64,000 nucleotides of DNA, taken from the NCBI RefSeq assembly GCF_965204015.1, contig NZ_OZ241965.1:375991-439990 (forward strand). Direction: 5' to 3'. A program made the position numbers and the translations under genes. This DNA comes from Candidatus Poriferisocius sp. GTDB lineage: Bacteria > Actinomycetota > Acidimicrobiia > Acidimicrobiales > Bin134. Of the stretch, positions 35,814-44,380 are shown piece after piece (within the stretch, counting starts at the first letter, position 1; each line of letters begins with the position of its first letter). Below the pieces are notes generated by a model that saw nothing but the letters and a program-made list of their open reading frames with translations, had not been told where the DNA came from and did no database searches.

Positions 35814-36253
35814 TAGGGGGATTCTTCGGCTGGAGGGCCGAGAGCTCCGATGGCTTGGAGGTATTGGCTCTCCAGGTCGAGCACAATCACCACGTCGAGG
35901 GCGTCGATGTCCCTCTCAGATTCTGTGGCCTTGGCCAGCACATAGTCCACCGAGTCGTCGTCGCTGGTCACCACATCCTCGTCCTGGCTCTCTGCCTCTG
36001 TGGCGGTGATGTCGGCCCGCCCATAGGTGGCAGAGCCCTGAAGCCGCAAGTGATCCAGTCGCCAGAGCAAGATCTCCTGCACATCGTCGTAACTCAATTT
36101 GGCCGACAACGCTTCGGGCAGACGCTCGGCCACAAAGTCCACCGCCTCGAAGAGGTCATAGACCGTTCGAGTCCGGGTGTGGGCCAAACGGGACGAGACC
36201 CGCATCACCGCATAGGCCGCCAGCCCGACCACCAGTACTGCGGCGAGAATCAA
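35813..36253 (-). CDS. hypothetical membrane-anchored acidic protein
   Basis: It has an N-terminal TM (ILAAVLVVGLAAYAVM) and an acidic C-terminal half. I trimmed the start to the TTG at 36253, because the longer ORF overlaps the acyl-CoA dehydrogenase gene. The start is uncertain. Confidence 0.5.
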   Translation of the reverse strand: MILAAVLVVGLAAYAVMRVSSRLAHTRTRTVYDLFEAVDFVAERLPEALSAKLSYDDVQEILLWRLDHLRLQGSATYGRADITATEAESQDEDVVTSDDDSVDYVLAKATESERDIDALDVVIVLDLESQYLQAIGALGPPAEESP

Positions 36254-36261
36254 TAAGAGCG

Positions 36262-37377
36262 TCAGATGCCGATGCGCTGAGCCAACAGCTCGCGGTGGTA
36301 GGTGGGGTCGCCGAAGAGCAGTTCCGACGACTTGGCCCGCTTGAAGTACAGATGAGCGGGGTGCTCCCACGTGAAGCCGATCCCGCCGTGGATCTGGATG
36401 TTCTCCGCCGAGGCGTGGAAGTAGGCCTCCGAGCAGTAGGCCTTGGCCAAGCTGGCCACCGAGGGGAGCTCGTCGTTCAGCTCCGAGGCGCACCAGCCGG
36501 CGTAGTAGGCGGCCGACTTGGCCGACTCCACTTCCAGCAGCATGTCGGCGCACTTGTGCTTAATGGCCTGGAACGACCCGATGGGCCGCCCAAACTGCAC
36601 CCGGTCTTTGGCGTACTGCACCGACATGTCCAGGCACATCTGGGCGCCGCCCACCTGCTCGGCGGCCAGAGCCACCGCGGCCAGGTCGAGCACTCGCTCC
36701 AGCACCGCCCAACCACCGCCCTCAGCCCCAATCAGGGTGACCGGAGTGTTGTCGAAGTCGAGGCGGGCCTGCTTGCGGGTCTGGTCCATGGTGGACAGCG
36801 CGGTGCGGGTCAACCCCTCGGCGTCGCTGGAGCACCAGAACAGGCTCACGCCGCCGGCGGTGCGAGCAGCCACCAGCACCACATCGGCGGTGTGGCCGTC
36901 GATCACGAACATCTTGGTGCCGCTGATCCTCCAGCCGTCGCCGTCAGAGCTGGCCTCAACGGTGATGCCCGACTCGTCCCAGCGGCCGTTCTCCTCGGTG
37001 AAGGCCAGCGCGGCCACCGTCTCACCGGCGGCGATGCCGGGCAGCAGGGCGGCCTTGGCCTCTTCGTCCCCGCTGTGGATGAGGGCATTGCCGGCCAACA
37101 CGACGCTGGAGAAGAACGGAGCGCACAGCAGCGCCCGGCCCATCTCCTCAAGCACCACGATCAGCTCCACATAGCTGAAGCCGCTGCCTCCGTATTCCTC
37201 GGGAATGATGAGCCCCTGTAATCCAAGTTGCTCGGCCATCTGGTTCCAGACCGCGTCGTCGTAGCCCTTCTCGGTGTCCATCTGCTCTCGGACCGCCGAT
37301 TCTGGCGATTTGTCCTCTAAGAACTGCCGGACGAAGCGCCGCAGCTCCTCTTGTTCCTCGCTGAAGGCAAAATTCAC
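36262..37377 (-). CDS. acyl-CoA dehydrogenase family protein
   Basis: 371 aa with the three-domain ACAD layout. The C-terminal region QVGGAQMCLDMSVQYAKDRVQFGRPIGSFQAIKH...IHGGIGFTWEH is typical. Confidence 0.9.
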   Translation of the reverse strand: MNFAFSEEQEELRRFVRQFLEDKSPESAVREQMDTEKGYDDAVWNQMAEQLGLQGLIIPEEYGGSGFSYVELIVVLEEMGRALLCAPFFSSVVLAGNALIHSGDEEAKAALLPGIAAGETVAALAFTEENGRWDESGITVEASSDGDGWRISGTKMFVIDGHTADVVLVAARTAGGVSLFWCSSDAEGLTRTALSTMDQTRKQARLDFDNTPVTLIGAEGGGWAVLERVLDLAAVALAAEQVGGAQMCLDMSVQYAKDRVQFGRPIGSFQAIKHKCADMLLEVESAKSAAYYAGWCASELNDELPSVASLAKAYCSEAYFHASAENIQIHGGIGFTWEHPAHLYFKRAKSSELLFGDPTYHRELLAQRIGI

Positions 37378-37502
37378 AGCCCTGTTTCTACTAGACCGCG
37401 CCCCGAGTAGCCACGCTCGAACCTGTCACTGGTTGTCTCGATGGGGCACAATCGGTGTGACATTCTGGTATTCCCAAAGTCGGAGAGCGAGAAGAGCCCG
37501 CC

Positions 37503-38111
37503 ATGACCCTGCACTGGCAAGACACCCAGGCCGAGATCCACAAAGTGGTCGTCGGGCCGATGGACAACAACGTCTACGTCCTCCGCTGCCGCCAAACCGG
37601 CGATGCGGTGCTGATCGACGCGGCCAACGAGCACGATCTGCTGCTGGAGATGTGCTCCACTCTCGGGGTCCGCACCGTTCTGGAGACCCACGGGCACTGG
37701 GACCACATCCAGGCCATCCCGGCAGTGCGCAACGCCGGCTACGACGTGGGGGTCACCGCCGAGGATGCCGCCATGCTCGACGCCTACGACTACCTGCTGG
37801 AGGACGAGTCGGTGATCGAAGTGGGTCGGCTCCGCCTGCACTGCATCCACACGCCGGGCCACACTCCGGGGTCGATGTCGTTCCGTCTGGAGGGCTCGCC
37901 CATCTTTTTCTCGGGCGACACCCTCTTTCCGGGCGGACCCGGGGCCACCGGATTCGAGGGTGGCGACTTTGACACCATCATCAAGTCCATCGACCGGCGG
38001 ATCTTCTCCCCGCTGCCGGCCGACACCATGGTTCTCCCCGGCCACGGCGATCAGACCACCATCGGCACGGAGAGCCCCCATCTCCAGGAGTGGATCGACC
38101 GGGGCTGGTAG
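37503..38111 (+). CDS. MBL-fold metallo-hydrolase (glyoxalase II-like)
   Basis: 202 aa with THGHWDH, HTPGHTPGS and PGHG metal-ligand motifs. Confidence 0.85.
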   Translation: MTLHWQDTQAEIHKVVVGPMDNNVYVLRCRQTGDAVLIDAANEHDLLLEMCSTLGVRTVLETHGHWDHIQAIPAVRNAGYDVGVTAEDAAMLDAYDYLLEDESVIEVGRLRLHCIHTPGHTPGSMSFRLEGSPIFFSGDTLFPGGPGATGFEGGDFDTIIKSIDRRIFSPLPADTMVLPGHGDQTTIGTESPHLQEWIDRGW

Positions 38112-38169
38112 GCCCGCCATCGGCGCGTCATACGGCTTTCCGGTGATAGGGATAGCAACTCCTCCGGCG

Positions 38170-38175
38170 TAGACT
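38170..38175 (+). promoter_or_regulatory. candidate -10 (TAGACT) giving a leaderless sufC transcript
   Basis: The TANNNT hexamer ends 6 nt before the GTG start at 38182. There is no Shine-Dalgarno. The same 9-mer, CGTAGACTG, recurs at 40206-40214 upstream of sufU. Confidence 0.35.
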
Positions 38176-38181
38176 GATCTG

Positions 38182-38940
38182 GTGAGCCAGCTCGAGGCCC
38201 CGCTGTTCGAGGTCGAGAACCTGCACGTCGCGACCGCTGAAGACGGCATCCCGATCCTGTCGGGCATCGACCTCGCCGTTCGGGCCGGTGAGGTTCACGC
38301 TCTCATGGGACCGAACGGCTCGGGCAAATCAACTCTGGCCAGCGCACTGTTGGCCAGCCCCGAGTACGAGGTAACTGGAGGGCGGATCCGCTTCAAGGGC
38401 GACGACATCACCGACTGGCCCGCTGATGTACGGGGCAAGGCCGGGCTGTTTCTGGCCTTTCAATACCCTCAGGAGTTCCCCGGCGTGTCGGTGATGAACT
38501 TCCTGCGTCAGGCCCTGTCGGCCCGCAAGGGCATCGACCTGTCGGTGCTGGAGCTGCGCCTGGCGGTGATGGAGTGGATGGAGCGGTTTGACATGGACCC
38601 GTCGTTCGCCGACCGCTACCTGAACGATGGCTTCTCCGGGGGCGAGAAAAAGCGAAACGAGGTGCTCCAGCTGGCCATTCTGGAGCCGGAGATGGCCATC
38701 TTGGACGAGACCGACTCCGGCCTGGACATCGACGCCCTCAAGATCGTGGCCAGCGGGGTTCAGGAAGTTCGGGCTTCCCGGCCGGATATGGGGGTGCTGG
38801 CCATCACCCACTTCCGCCGTCTACTGGACCATTTGAAGCCCGACCATGTCCACATTTTGATGAACGGGAAACTGGCGGCCAGCGGCGGTTTCGAGTTGGC
38901 CGCGCAATTGGACGCCGAGGGGTACGAGGCATGGCGCTAG
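38182..38940 (+). CDS. sufC: Fe-S cluster assembly ATPase SufC
   Basis: 252 aa with Walker A (GPNGSGKST), FSGGEKKR, Walker B (ILDETDSGLD) and ITHF. It is followed by sufS-sufU. Confidence 0.9.
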   Translation: MSQLEAPLFEVENLHVATAEDGIPILSGIDLAVRAGEVHALMGPNGSGKSTLASALLASPEYEVTGGRIRFKGDDITDWPADVRGKAGLFLAFQYPQEFPGVSVMNFLRQALSARKGIDLSVLELRLAVMEWMERFDMDPSFADRYLNDGFSGGEKKRNEVLQLAILEPEMAILDETDSGLDIDALKIVASGVQEVRASRPDMGVLAITHFRRLLDHLKPDHVHILMNGKLAASGGFELAAQLDAEGYEAWR

Positions 38941-40163
38941 ACCCTGCCACCATCCGAGACGACTTCCCCATCACCTGCCGGCAGGTGCACGGCCAGCGCT
39001 TGGTGTACCTCGACTCAGCCGCCACATCCCACAAACCCAGAGCGGTGATCGATGCGGTCACCGACTACTACGAGCGGTTCAACTCCAACGTCCACCGCGG
39101 CTCATACCAATTGGCGGTGGAGGCCACCGAGGCGTTGGAACAGGCTCGGGCCAAGGTCGCCCAGTTCATTGGAGCCTCTCGGGATTCAGAGATCGTCTTC
39201 GCCAAAAACGCCACCGAGGCAATCAATTTGGTGGCCCGAACCTGGGGCCGGGCCAATCTGGGACCGGGCGACCCGGTGGTCATCACCGAGTTGGAGCACC
39301 ACGCCAACATCGTCCCTTGGCACATGTTGACCGCCGAGCAGGGCATCGAGCTGCGCTGGATCCCCATTCGCAGCGACGGCCATCTGGATCTGACCGATCT
39401 CGACCGCCTGCTCGACGGCGCCCGGCTGCTGAGCGTGGCCGCGGTGTCCAATGTGCTGGGCACCATCAACCCCATTCGCCAACTGGCCGACGCCGCCCAC
39501 GAGGCCGGCGCGCTGATGATGGTGGACGCCAGCCAGTACACCCCGCACCTGCCCACTGACGTGGCGGAGATGGGGGCTGACTTCGTGGCCTTCACCGGGC
39601 ACAAGATGTGCGGCCCCACCGGAATCGGAGTGCTGTGGGCCAAATCCGAGCTACTGGAGGAAATGCCGCCGTTCTTGGGCGGGGGGGAGATGATCCTCAA
39701 CGTGACCAAGGAGGGGTTCAGCACCGCGGCGGTGCCGTGGAAGTTCGAGGCCGGAACTCCGCCCATCGCTGAGGCGGTCGGGCTGGGAGCGGCGGTGGAC
39801 TATCTCAGTGGTCTGGGCATGGAGCAGGTTCGAGAGCACGAGGTGGCCCTCACCGGCTACGCCCTGCGGACCCTGAACCAGCGCTACGGCGACGACATCA
39901 CCATCCACGGGCCGACGGAGCCAGCCGAGCGGGGCGGGGTGCTGTCGTTCGAGTACAAGGGGATCCATCCCCATGATGTGGCCCAGGTGCTGGACCGCTC
40001 CGCGGTATGCGTGCGGGCCGGCCACCATTGCGCCAAGCCGCTGATGCGGGTGCTGGGCTGCTCCGCCACCAGTCGGGCCTCGATGTACGTATACAACGAC
40101 GAGTCAGACGTCGATGCCTTGGCCGATGCCCTAGCCGATGCCGACGCCTTCTTCATCGAGTGA
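38931..40163 (+). CDS. sufS: cysteine desulfurase, SufS type
   Basis: 410 aa with the PLP Lys (FTGHKMCGPTGIG) and the catalytic loop RAGHHCAKPL. It overlaps sufC by 10 nt. Confidence 0.92.
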   Translation: MALDPATIRDDFPITCRQVHGQRLVYLDSAATSHKPRAVIDAVTDYYERFNSNVHRGSYQLAVEATEALEQARAKVAQFIGASRDSEIVFAKNATEAINLVARTWGRANLGPGDPVVITELEHHANIVPWHMLTAEQGIELRWIPIRSDGHLDLTDLDRLLDGARLLSVAAVSNVLGTINPIRQLADAAHEAGALMMVDASQYTPHLPTDVAEMGADFVAFTGHKMCGPTGIGVLWAKSELLEEMPPFLGGGEMILNVTKEGFSTAAVPWKFEAGTPPIAEAVGLGAAVDYLSGLGMEQVREHEVALTGYALRTLNQRYGDDITIHGPTEPAERGGVLSFEYKGIHPHDVAQVLDRSAVCVRAGHHCAKPLMRVLGCSATSRASMYVYNDESDVDALADALADADAFFIE

Positions 40164-40227
40164 AGTCTTGAATGAAGAAAGACTGCATATCGCTGAGCCC
40201 TCGCCCGTAGACTGTTGAACCGTCGCC

Positions 40228-40698
40228 ATGCCTGATCTTGAAGATCTCTATCGCGAGATCATCCTCGACCACTACCGCAACCCCCGCAATCGGGGAGAGC
40301 TGGATACCCCGCCCGCCGTTCGGGCCGAGGGCTTCAACCCCTTGTGCGGCGACGAGGTGATCATCTATGTGCAATTGGCCGACGGGGTGATCGAAGACAT
40401 CAAGTTCGGCGGCCAGGGCTGCTCGATCAGTCAGGCCTCCTCGTCGATGATGTCGGCCACCGTCAAGGGCCGCACAATCGAAGACCTGCACCAGCTCAAC
40501 CGGGCCTTCAAGTCCATGATGTCTATCGAGCCCGACCCCGACGACCCCGCCCCCACCAACGGCAACAGCGCCGACGTCAAGCTCGGCGATCTGGAAGCCC
40601 TCAAAGGCGTGGTCAAGTTCCCGGTTCGCATCAAGTGCGCCACCCTTTCCTGGCACACCCTCACCCAAGCCGTGGAAGAGGCCCAAGCCAACTCCTAG
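40228..40698 (+). CDS. sufU: SUF-system Fe-S/sulfur-transfer scaffold SufU (IscU-like)
   Basis: 156 aa with YRNPRNRG, NPLCGDE, GQGCSISQASSS and KCATLSW motifs. Confidence 0.9.
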   Translation: MPDLEDLYREIILDHYRNPRNRGELDTPPAVRAEGFNPLCGDEVIIYVQLADGVIEDIKFGGQGCSISQASSSMMSATVKGRTIEDLHQLNRAFKSMMSIEPDPDDPAPTNGNSADVKLGDLEALKGVVKFPVRIKCATLSWHTLTQAVEEAQANS

Positions 40699-40718
40699 CT
40701 CGGCCAGGCCGATCCATC

Positions 40719-40734
40719 TTGAACGGTCGTTCAA
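40719..40734. promoter_or_regulatory. perfect 16-bp palindrome TTGAACGGTCGTTCAA (candidate TetR-type operator)
   Basis: A 7+2+7 inverted repeat 82 nt upstream of the Rieske oxygenase start. A TetR gene is the third gene of that cluster. Confidence 0.35.
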
Positions 40735-40771
40735 TACTGCTAGATTGGTTTCAGTGCTGCGAGGATGCATT

Positions 40772-40807
40772 CCAATTCACGGCCCAATACACGGCCCAAT
40801 TCACGGA
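40772..40807 (+). repeat. three tandem 12-bp direct repeats CCAATWCACGGC abutting the oxygenase RBS
   Basis: Copies lie at 40772, 40784 and 40796. The last copy overlaps GGAG, 8 nt before the ATG at 40816. Confidence 0.85.
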
Positions 40808-40815
40808 GTTGAGCA

Positions 40816-41943
40816 ATGAGCGGAGAGTCCGCCGTCGATATCGGGCAGGGATGGCATCCGGACCCCGGTTCTTCGCGCTCACTACACGCCGATGCCTACA
40901 CCGAGGAGCGATGGTTCGACGCTGACCAATCGGCAATCATCAGTCGAACCTGGCAATGGATCTGTCACGGTGAAAAGCTCCGCGACCGAGGCAGCTTTGT
41001 GGCCGAAGCCATCGCCGGGCAGCCGATTTTCGCCATCCGCGGCCTCGACGGCGAGCTACGGGCGTTCTACAACGTGTGCCAGCACCGGGCCCACGAGCTC
41101 GTTGAGGGCGAGGGTCAACTGAAGAACCTGGTCTGCCCCTATCACGGCTGGTCATATGACCTGTCGGGCCAGCTTCAAGCCGCTCGCCACACCGATCACC
41201 TCGCCGACTTCGACACCGATCAGATCTGCCTCGACCCGGTGCAGATCACCGAATTTGGCGGGTTCGTATACGTCAACCTCGACCCCAAGGCCGCTCCCCT
41301 TCAGGAGCAGGCGGGCGATCTGGGGGTTGAGATCGCCCACTGGGCCCCTGATGTGGAGCAGCTCACTCACGCGCATCGCCTCTCCTACAAGATCAACAGC
41401 AATTGGAAGAACGTGGTGGACAACTTCTTGGAGTGCTACCACTGCCACATTGCCCACAAGGACTTCGTGTCGTTGGTCGACATGGACACCTACGTGGTGA
41501 CCACCCACGGCATCTACTCCAGCCACATGGCCGAAGCCGGCAAATCCGCCAACACCGCCTATGACGTGAGCGAGGCCACGGTGACCGACCACGCGGTGTG
41601 GTGGCTATGGCCCAACACCTGCATGATGCGATACCCCGGTCGAGGCAACTTCATCGTCTTGAAGATCATCCCGGTTGGTCCCGACCTCACCTATGAGACC
41701 TACGACTTCTTCTTGGAGACTGCCGAGCCCAACGAGGCTGAATTGGAGTCGATCCGCTACCTCGACGAGGTGCTCCAGGTAGAAGACATCAACTTGGTGG
41801 AAAGCGTGCAGCGGGGCATGTCGACCCCGGCGTTCCAGCAGGGCCGGATCGTCTATGACCCAAGCGGGTCGGGGCTGTCTGAACACGCCGTGCACCATTT
41901 CCACGGACTCGTGCTGGACACTTACAAGGGAGTCGCTTCATGA
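40816..41943 (+). CDS. Rieske [2Fe-2S] aromatic-ring-hydroxylating oxygenase alpha subunit
   Basis: 375 aa with the Rieske motif CQHRAHEL...CPYHGWSY and mononuclear-iron ligands in ECYHCHIAH. Confidence 0.85.
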   Translation: MSGESAVDIGQGWHPDPGSSRSLHADAYTEERWFDADQSAIISRTWQWICHGEKLRDRGSFVAEAIAGQPIFAIRGLDGELRAFYNVCQHRAHELVEGEGQLKNLVCPYHGWSYDLSGQLQAARHTDHLADFDTDQICLDPVQITEFGGFVYVNLDPKAAPLQEQAGDLGVEIAHWAPDVEQLTHAHRLSYKINSNWKNVVDNFLECYHCHIAHKDFVSLVDMDTYVVTTHGIYSSHMAEAGKSANTAYDVSEATVTDHAVWWLWPNTCMMRYPGRGNFIVLKIIPVGPDLTYETYDFFLETAEPNEAELESIRYLDEVLQVEDINLVESVQRGMSTPAFQQGRIVYDPSGSGLSEHAVHHFHGLVLDTYKGVAS

Positions 41944-42707
41944 CGGGAACGCTGGAAGGACGGGTCGCCTTGGTGACCGGCGGCCGGGGCGGGACTGGAC
42001 GGGCTGTCTGCCGCCGCTTCGTCGACGAGGGGGCCCACGTCTATGCGGCTGGACTCAGCGACGAGGGCATCAGCGGCGACGAGCCCGCGGCCGGTGAATT
42101 TCTCCGCTTCGATGTCACCTCCGAGGACGAGGTCACGGCTGGCATCGCCGCCATCGAAGCAGCCCGGGGCCGCCTCGACATCGTGGTCAACGCAGCCGGT
42201 ATCGAGATCGAGAAGACCATCGAAGACACGTCGCTTGAGGAGTGGGATCGCATCTTCGCCATCAACGTGACCGGAACGTTCCTGACCTCGAAGCACGCCC
42301 TGCCGATGCTGCGCCAGTCGGCCCACGCGTCGATTGTGAACTTCGGCTCATACGACGGCTTCATCGCCGACCCCAAACTGGCCGCCTACTGCGCCACCAA
42401 AGGGGCAGTGCACGCCCTAACCAGAGCCATGGCCTGCGACCATGGGCGTGAGGGGATCCGGGTCAACGCCATCTGCCCCGGCTACATCGACACCCCGATG
42501 CTGGAGCAGTTCTACCCCGATCATGTCGATTTAGCGGATGCCCACGCCGAAGCCAGGCGAATCCACCCCTTGGGCACCATCGGCACCCCAACCGACATGG
42601 CCAACCTGGTCCACTGGCTCGTCTCCGATGAAGCCCGCTACGCCACCGGCCAGCTGTGGGTGCTCGATGGAGGCCTCTCCGCTCAGATTCAGCAAATGCG
42701 GTTCTAG
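41940..42707 (+). CDS. SDR-family oxidoreductase
   Basis: 255 aa with TGGRGGTG (Rossmann), NAAG and YCATKGAV (YxxxK). Confidence 0.9.
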   Translation: MTGTLEGRVALVTGGRGGTGRAVCRRFVDEGAHVYAAGLSDEGISGDEPAAGEFLRFDVTSEDEVTAGIAAIEAARGRLDIVVNAAGIEIEKTIEDTSLEEWDRIFAINVTGTFLTSKHALPMLRQSAHASIVNFGSYDGFIADPKLAAYCATKGAVHALTRAMACDHGREGIRVNAICPGYIDTPMLEQFYPDHVDLADAHAEARRIHPLGTIGTPTDMANLVHWLVSDEARYATGQLWVLDGGLSAQIQQMRF

Positions 42708-42709
42708 CG

Positions 42710-43273
42710 ATGGCCGAAGTGCTGGGCATGGCCGATGAGCGGATCTTGGACGCCACCCTTGCGGTTCTGGCCCGAGAGGGCATCGCCGGGGTCAGCATGC
42801 GGGCCGTGGCTCGGGAGGCTGGCGTCGCGGTGGGCCTGGCCAACTACCACTTCGAGAACAAGACGTCGCTGATATGCGCGGCATTGCGCCGAGTGGGCGA
42901 CCAAGACATGGAACTGGTCACTCCCCCGCCCGATGCGGATGCCGCCGATCAGCTTCGCCATTGTCTTCGGCAAGCCCTCGACCCCGCTTTCCTGGCCCCC
43001 GATTACTTGAGCCTGCGACTCCAGCTGTGGTCGCTGGCCGGTGTCGACCCCCAATTCGCCGACATCAACCAATCCGCCCAGCGACGCTACCTAGAACAGC
43101 TCGCCGCCCTCATCGCCGCCGCCCGCCCCGACCTCCCCCGAGCCGACGTCGAACGGCGAGCCTCCGACATCCTCATCGAGCAAAACGGCGTCTGGCTCAC
43201 CGCCATCCTCATCCCCGACCGCCAAGCCGTAAATCGAGCCCTCCAACGCTGCGAAGACCTGGCCTTCAGATGA
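42710..43273 (+). CDS. TetR family transcriptional regulator
   Basis: The start is trimmed to MAEVLGMADERILDATLAVLAREGIAGVSMRAVAREAGVAVGLANYHF, a TetR HTH. Confidence 0.85.
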   Translation: MAEVLGMADERILDATLAVLAREGIAGVSMRAVAREAGVAVGLANYHFENKTSLICAALRRVGDQDMELVTPPPDADAADQLRHCLRQALDPAFLAPDYLSLRLQLWSLAGVDPQFADINQSAQRRYLEQLAALIAAARPDLPRADVERRASDILIEQNGVWLTAILIPDRQAVNRALQRCEDLAFR

Positions 43274-44097
43274 AGCAATTGAGAGTGCGAGATGCACAGG
43301 CAAAAGACTTCGTTGAGATCCTCGAGCTGACTTCGGCGATGCGTGGTCAGCTTGCAGTTTGGTCGCCGGTGTATTTTCGGCCTCGGGCTGGTGCTGATGC
43401 CGCCCACGCCCAGTTCTTGGAATTCGTTATTGGGTCTCCCGATCAGCAAGCCAGTGTGTTCGTCCACGAAGACACCGTTGTTGGCTTTTTTCGAAGAGCC
43501 AATCAACCCCACCACATTTGGGTCGATGACTTGTGCTTGCAGGATCCCAAACTCTGGGGAGGAGTGGCCGAACTCCTGGCTGGCGACCTGGGCTCGGGAC
43601 GGTGGGTGACGTGTGCTTCTACCCATGACACCGAGCGCCTTGATGCCCTCTCTTCAGCGGGGGCAACGCCGATCTCGTCGTACTGGAGCAAACTCTTGGA
43701 TGAGAGTCCTCCGGATACTGATGCATCCCAAGTCGCGGGCGTCCCGAATATCCCGAAGCAGAGACCCGATGGGCCAGCACACACGTTCGGAGGAGTCGCC
43801 TTCGACCCATCAATTCCCGGCGCGCTGGCAGTTAGTGACGACAGGGGCAACTACGCCATAGGGTCTCCCAGTGTCGAACCACCGATCTATGACCCTGGCG
43901 GACCGACTTGCGTAGTCGATCAAATTGGTGGCCCTGATCGAGGGATTGCTCTGAACTTGGCGCAATCAGAAGCCAACGGCCGCGGCGATGCTCAGCTCGT
44001 TGTGGTTTCAGCCAGCGACGACGAAGAACTTCGCCGAGTGCTAGAAGCAAAGAGTTTCCAGCTCCAGGTTGTTCTGCTGGCTAGACGAGGGCGTTGA
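43270..44097 (+). CDS. hypothetical protein (two-lobed, possibly GNAT-like)
   Basis: The ATG at 43270 overlaps the TetR stop (ATGA). The 275 aa have visibly lower GC. The functional call is only a weak impression. The 407-aa ORF in the track has a spurious Arg/Pro-rich N-terminal extension. Confidence 0.5.
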   Translation: MKQLRVRDAQAKDFVEILELTSAMRGQLAVWSPVYFRPRAGADAAHAQFLEFVIGSPDQQASVFVHEDTVVGFFRRANQPHHIWVDDLCLQDPKLWGGVAELLAGDLGSGRWVTCASTHDTERLDALSSAGATPISSYWSKLLDESPPDTDASQVAGVPNIPKQRPDGPAHTFGGVAFDPSIPGALAVSDDRGNYAIGSPSVEPPIYDPGGPTCVVDQIGGPDRGIALNLAQSEANGRGDAQLVVVSASDDEELRRVLEAKSFQLQVVLLARRGR

Positions 44098-44380
44098 CGC
44101 GGCGGGCGAATTCTAGGTCTAGCTCGGTTAGGCCGCCGGCGGCGTGGTTGGTTATGGCGATCTCTACGGTGGACCAGACGTTGGACCATTCGGGATGGTG
44201 GAAGAGGCGTTCGGAGATCAGTGCTACTCGGGACATGAAGCCGAAGGCCTCGGAAAAATCCGAGAAGTTGAATGTGGCGGCGAGCTTGTCTCCCTGGCGC
44301 TCCCATCCGGGCAAGTCTTCCAAGGCGGCGGCGATCTCCTCGTCGCTAAGCAGTCTCTTGGCATCGGCGTCTACGGCCAT
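44081..44380 (-). CDS. pterin-4a-carbinolamine dehydratase (PCD/DCoH, COG2154) family protein
   Basis: 99 aa. LPGWERQGDKLAATFNFSDFSEAFGFMSRVALISERLFHHPEW is the family signature. Its start overlaps the sufC' stop by 10 nt. Confidence 0.85.
   Translation of the reverse strand: MAVDADAKRLLSDEEIAAALEDLPGWERQGDKLAATFNFSDFSEAFGFMSRVALISERLFHHPEWSNVWSTVEIAITNHAAGGLTELDLEFARRVNALV

Noticed and set aside
42874-43269. An Arg/Pro-rich N-terminal extension that gives a 407-aa ORF overlapping the TetR gene.
   Set aside because: It is the alternative frame of the well-supported TetR gene and is low-complexity. The ATG at 43270 overlaps the TetR stop and starts a normal-looking protein.
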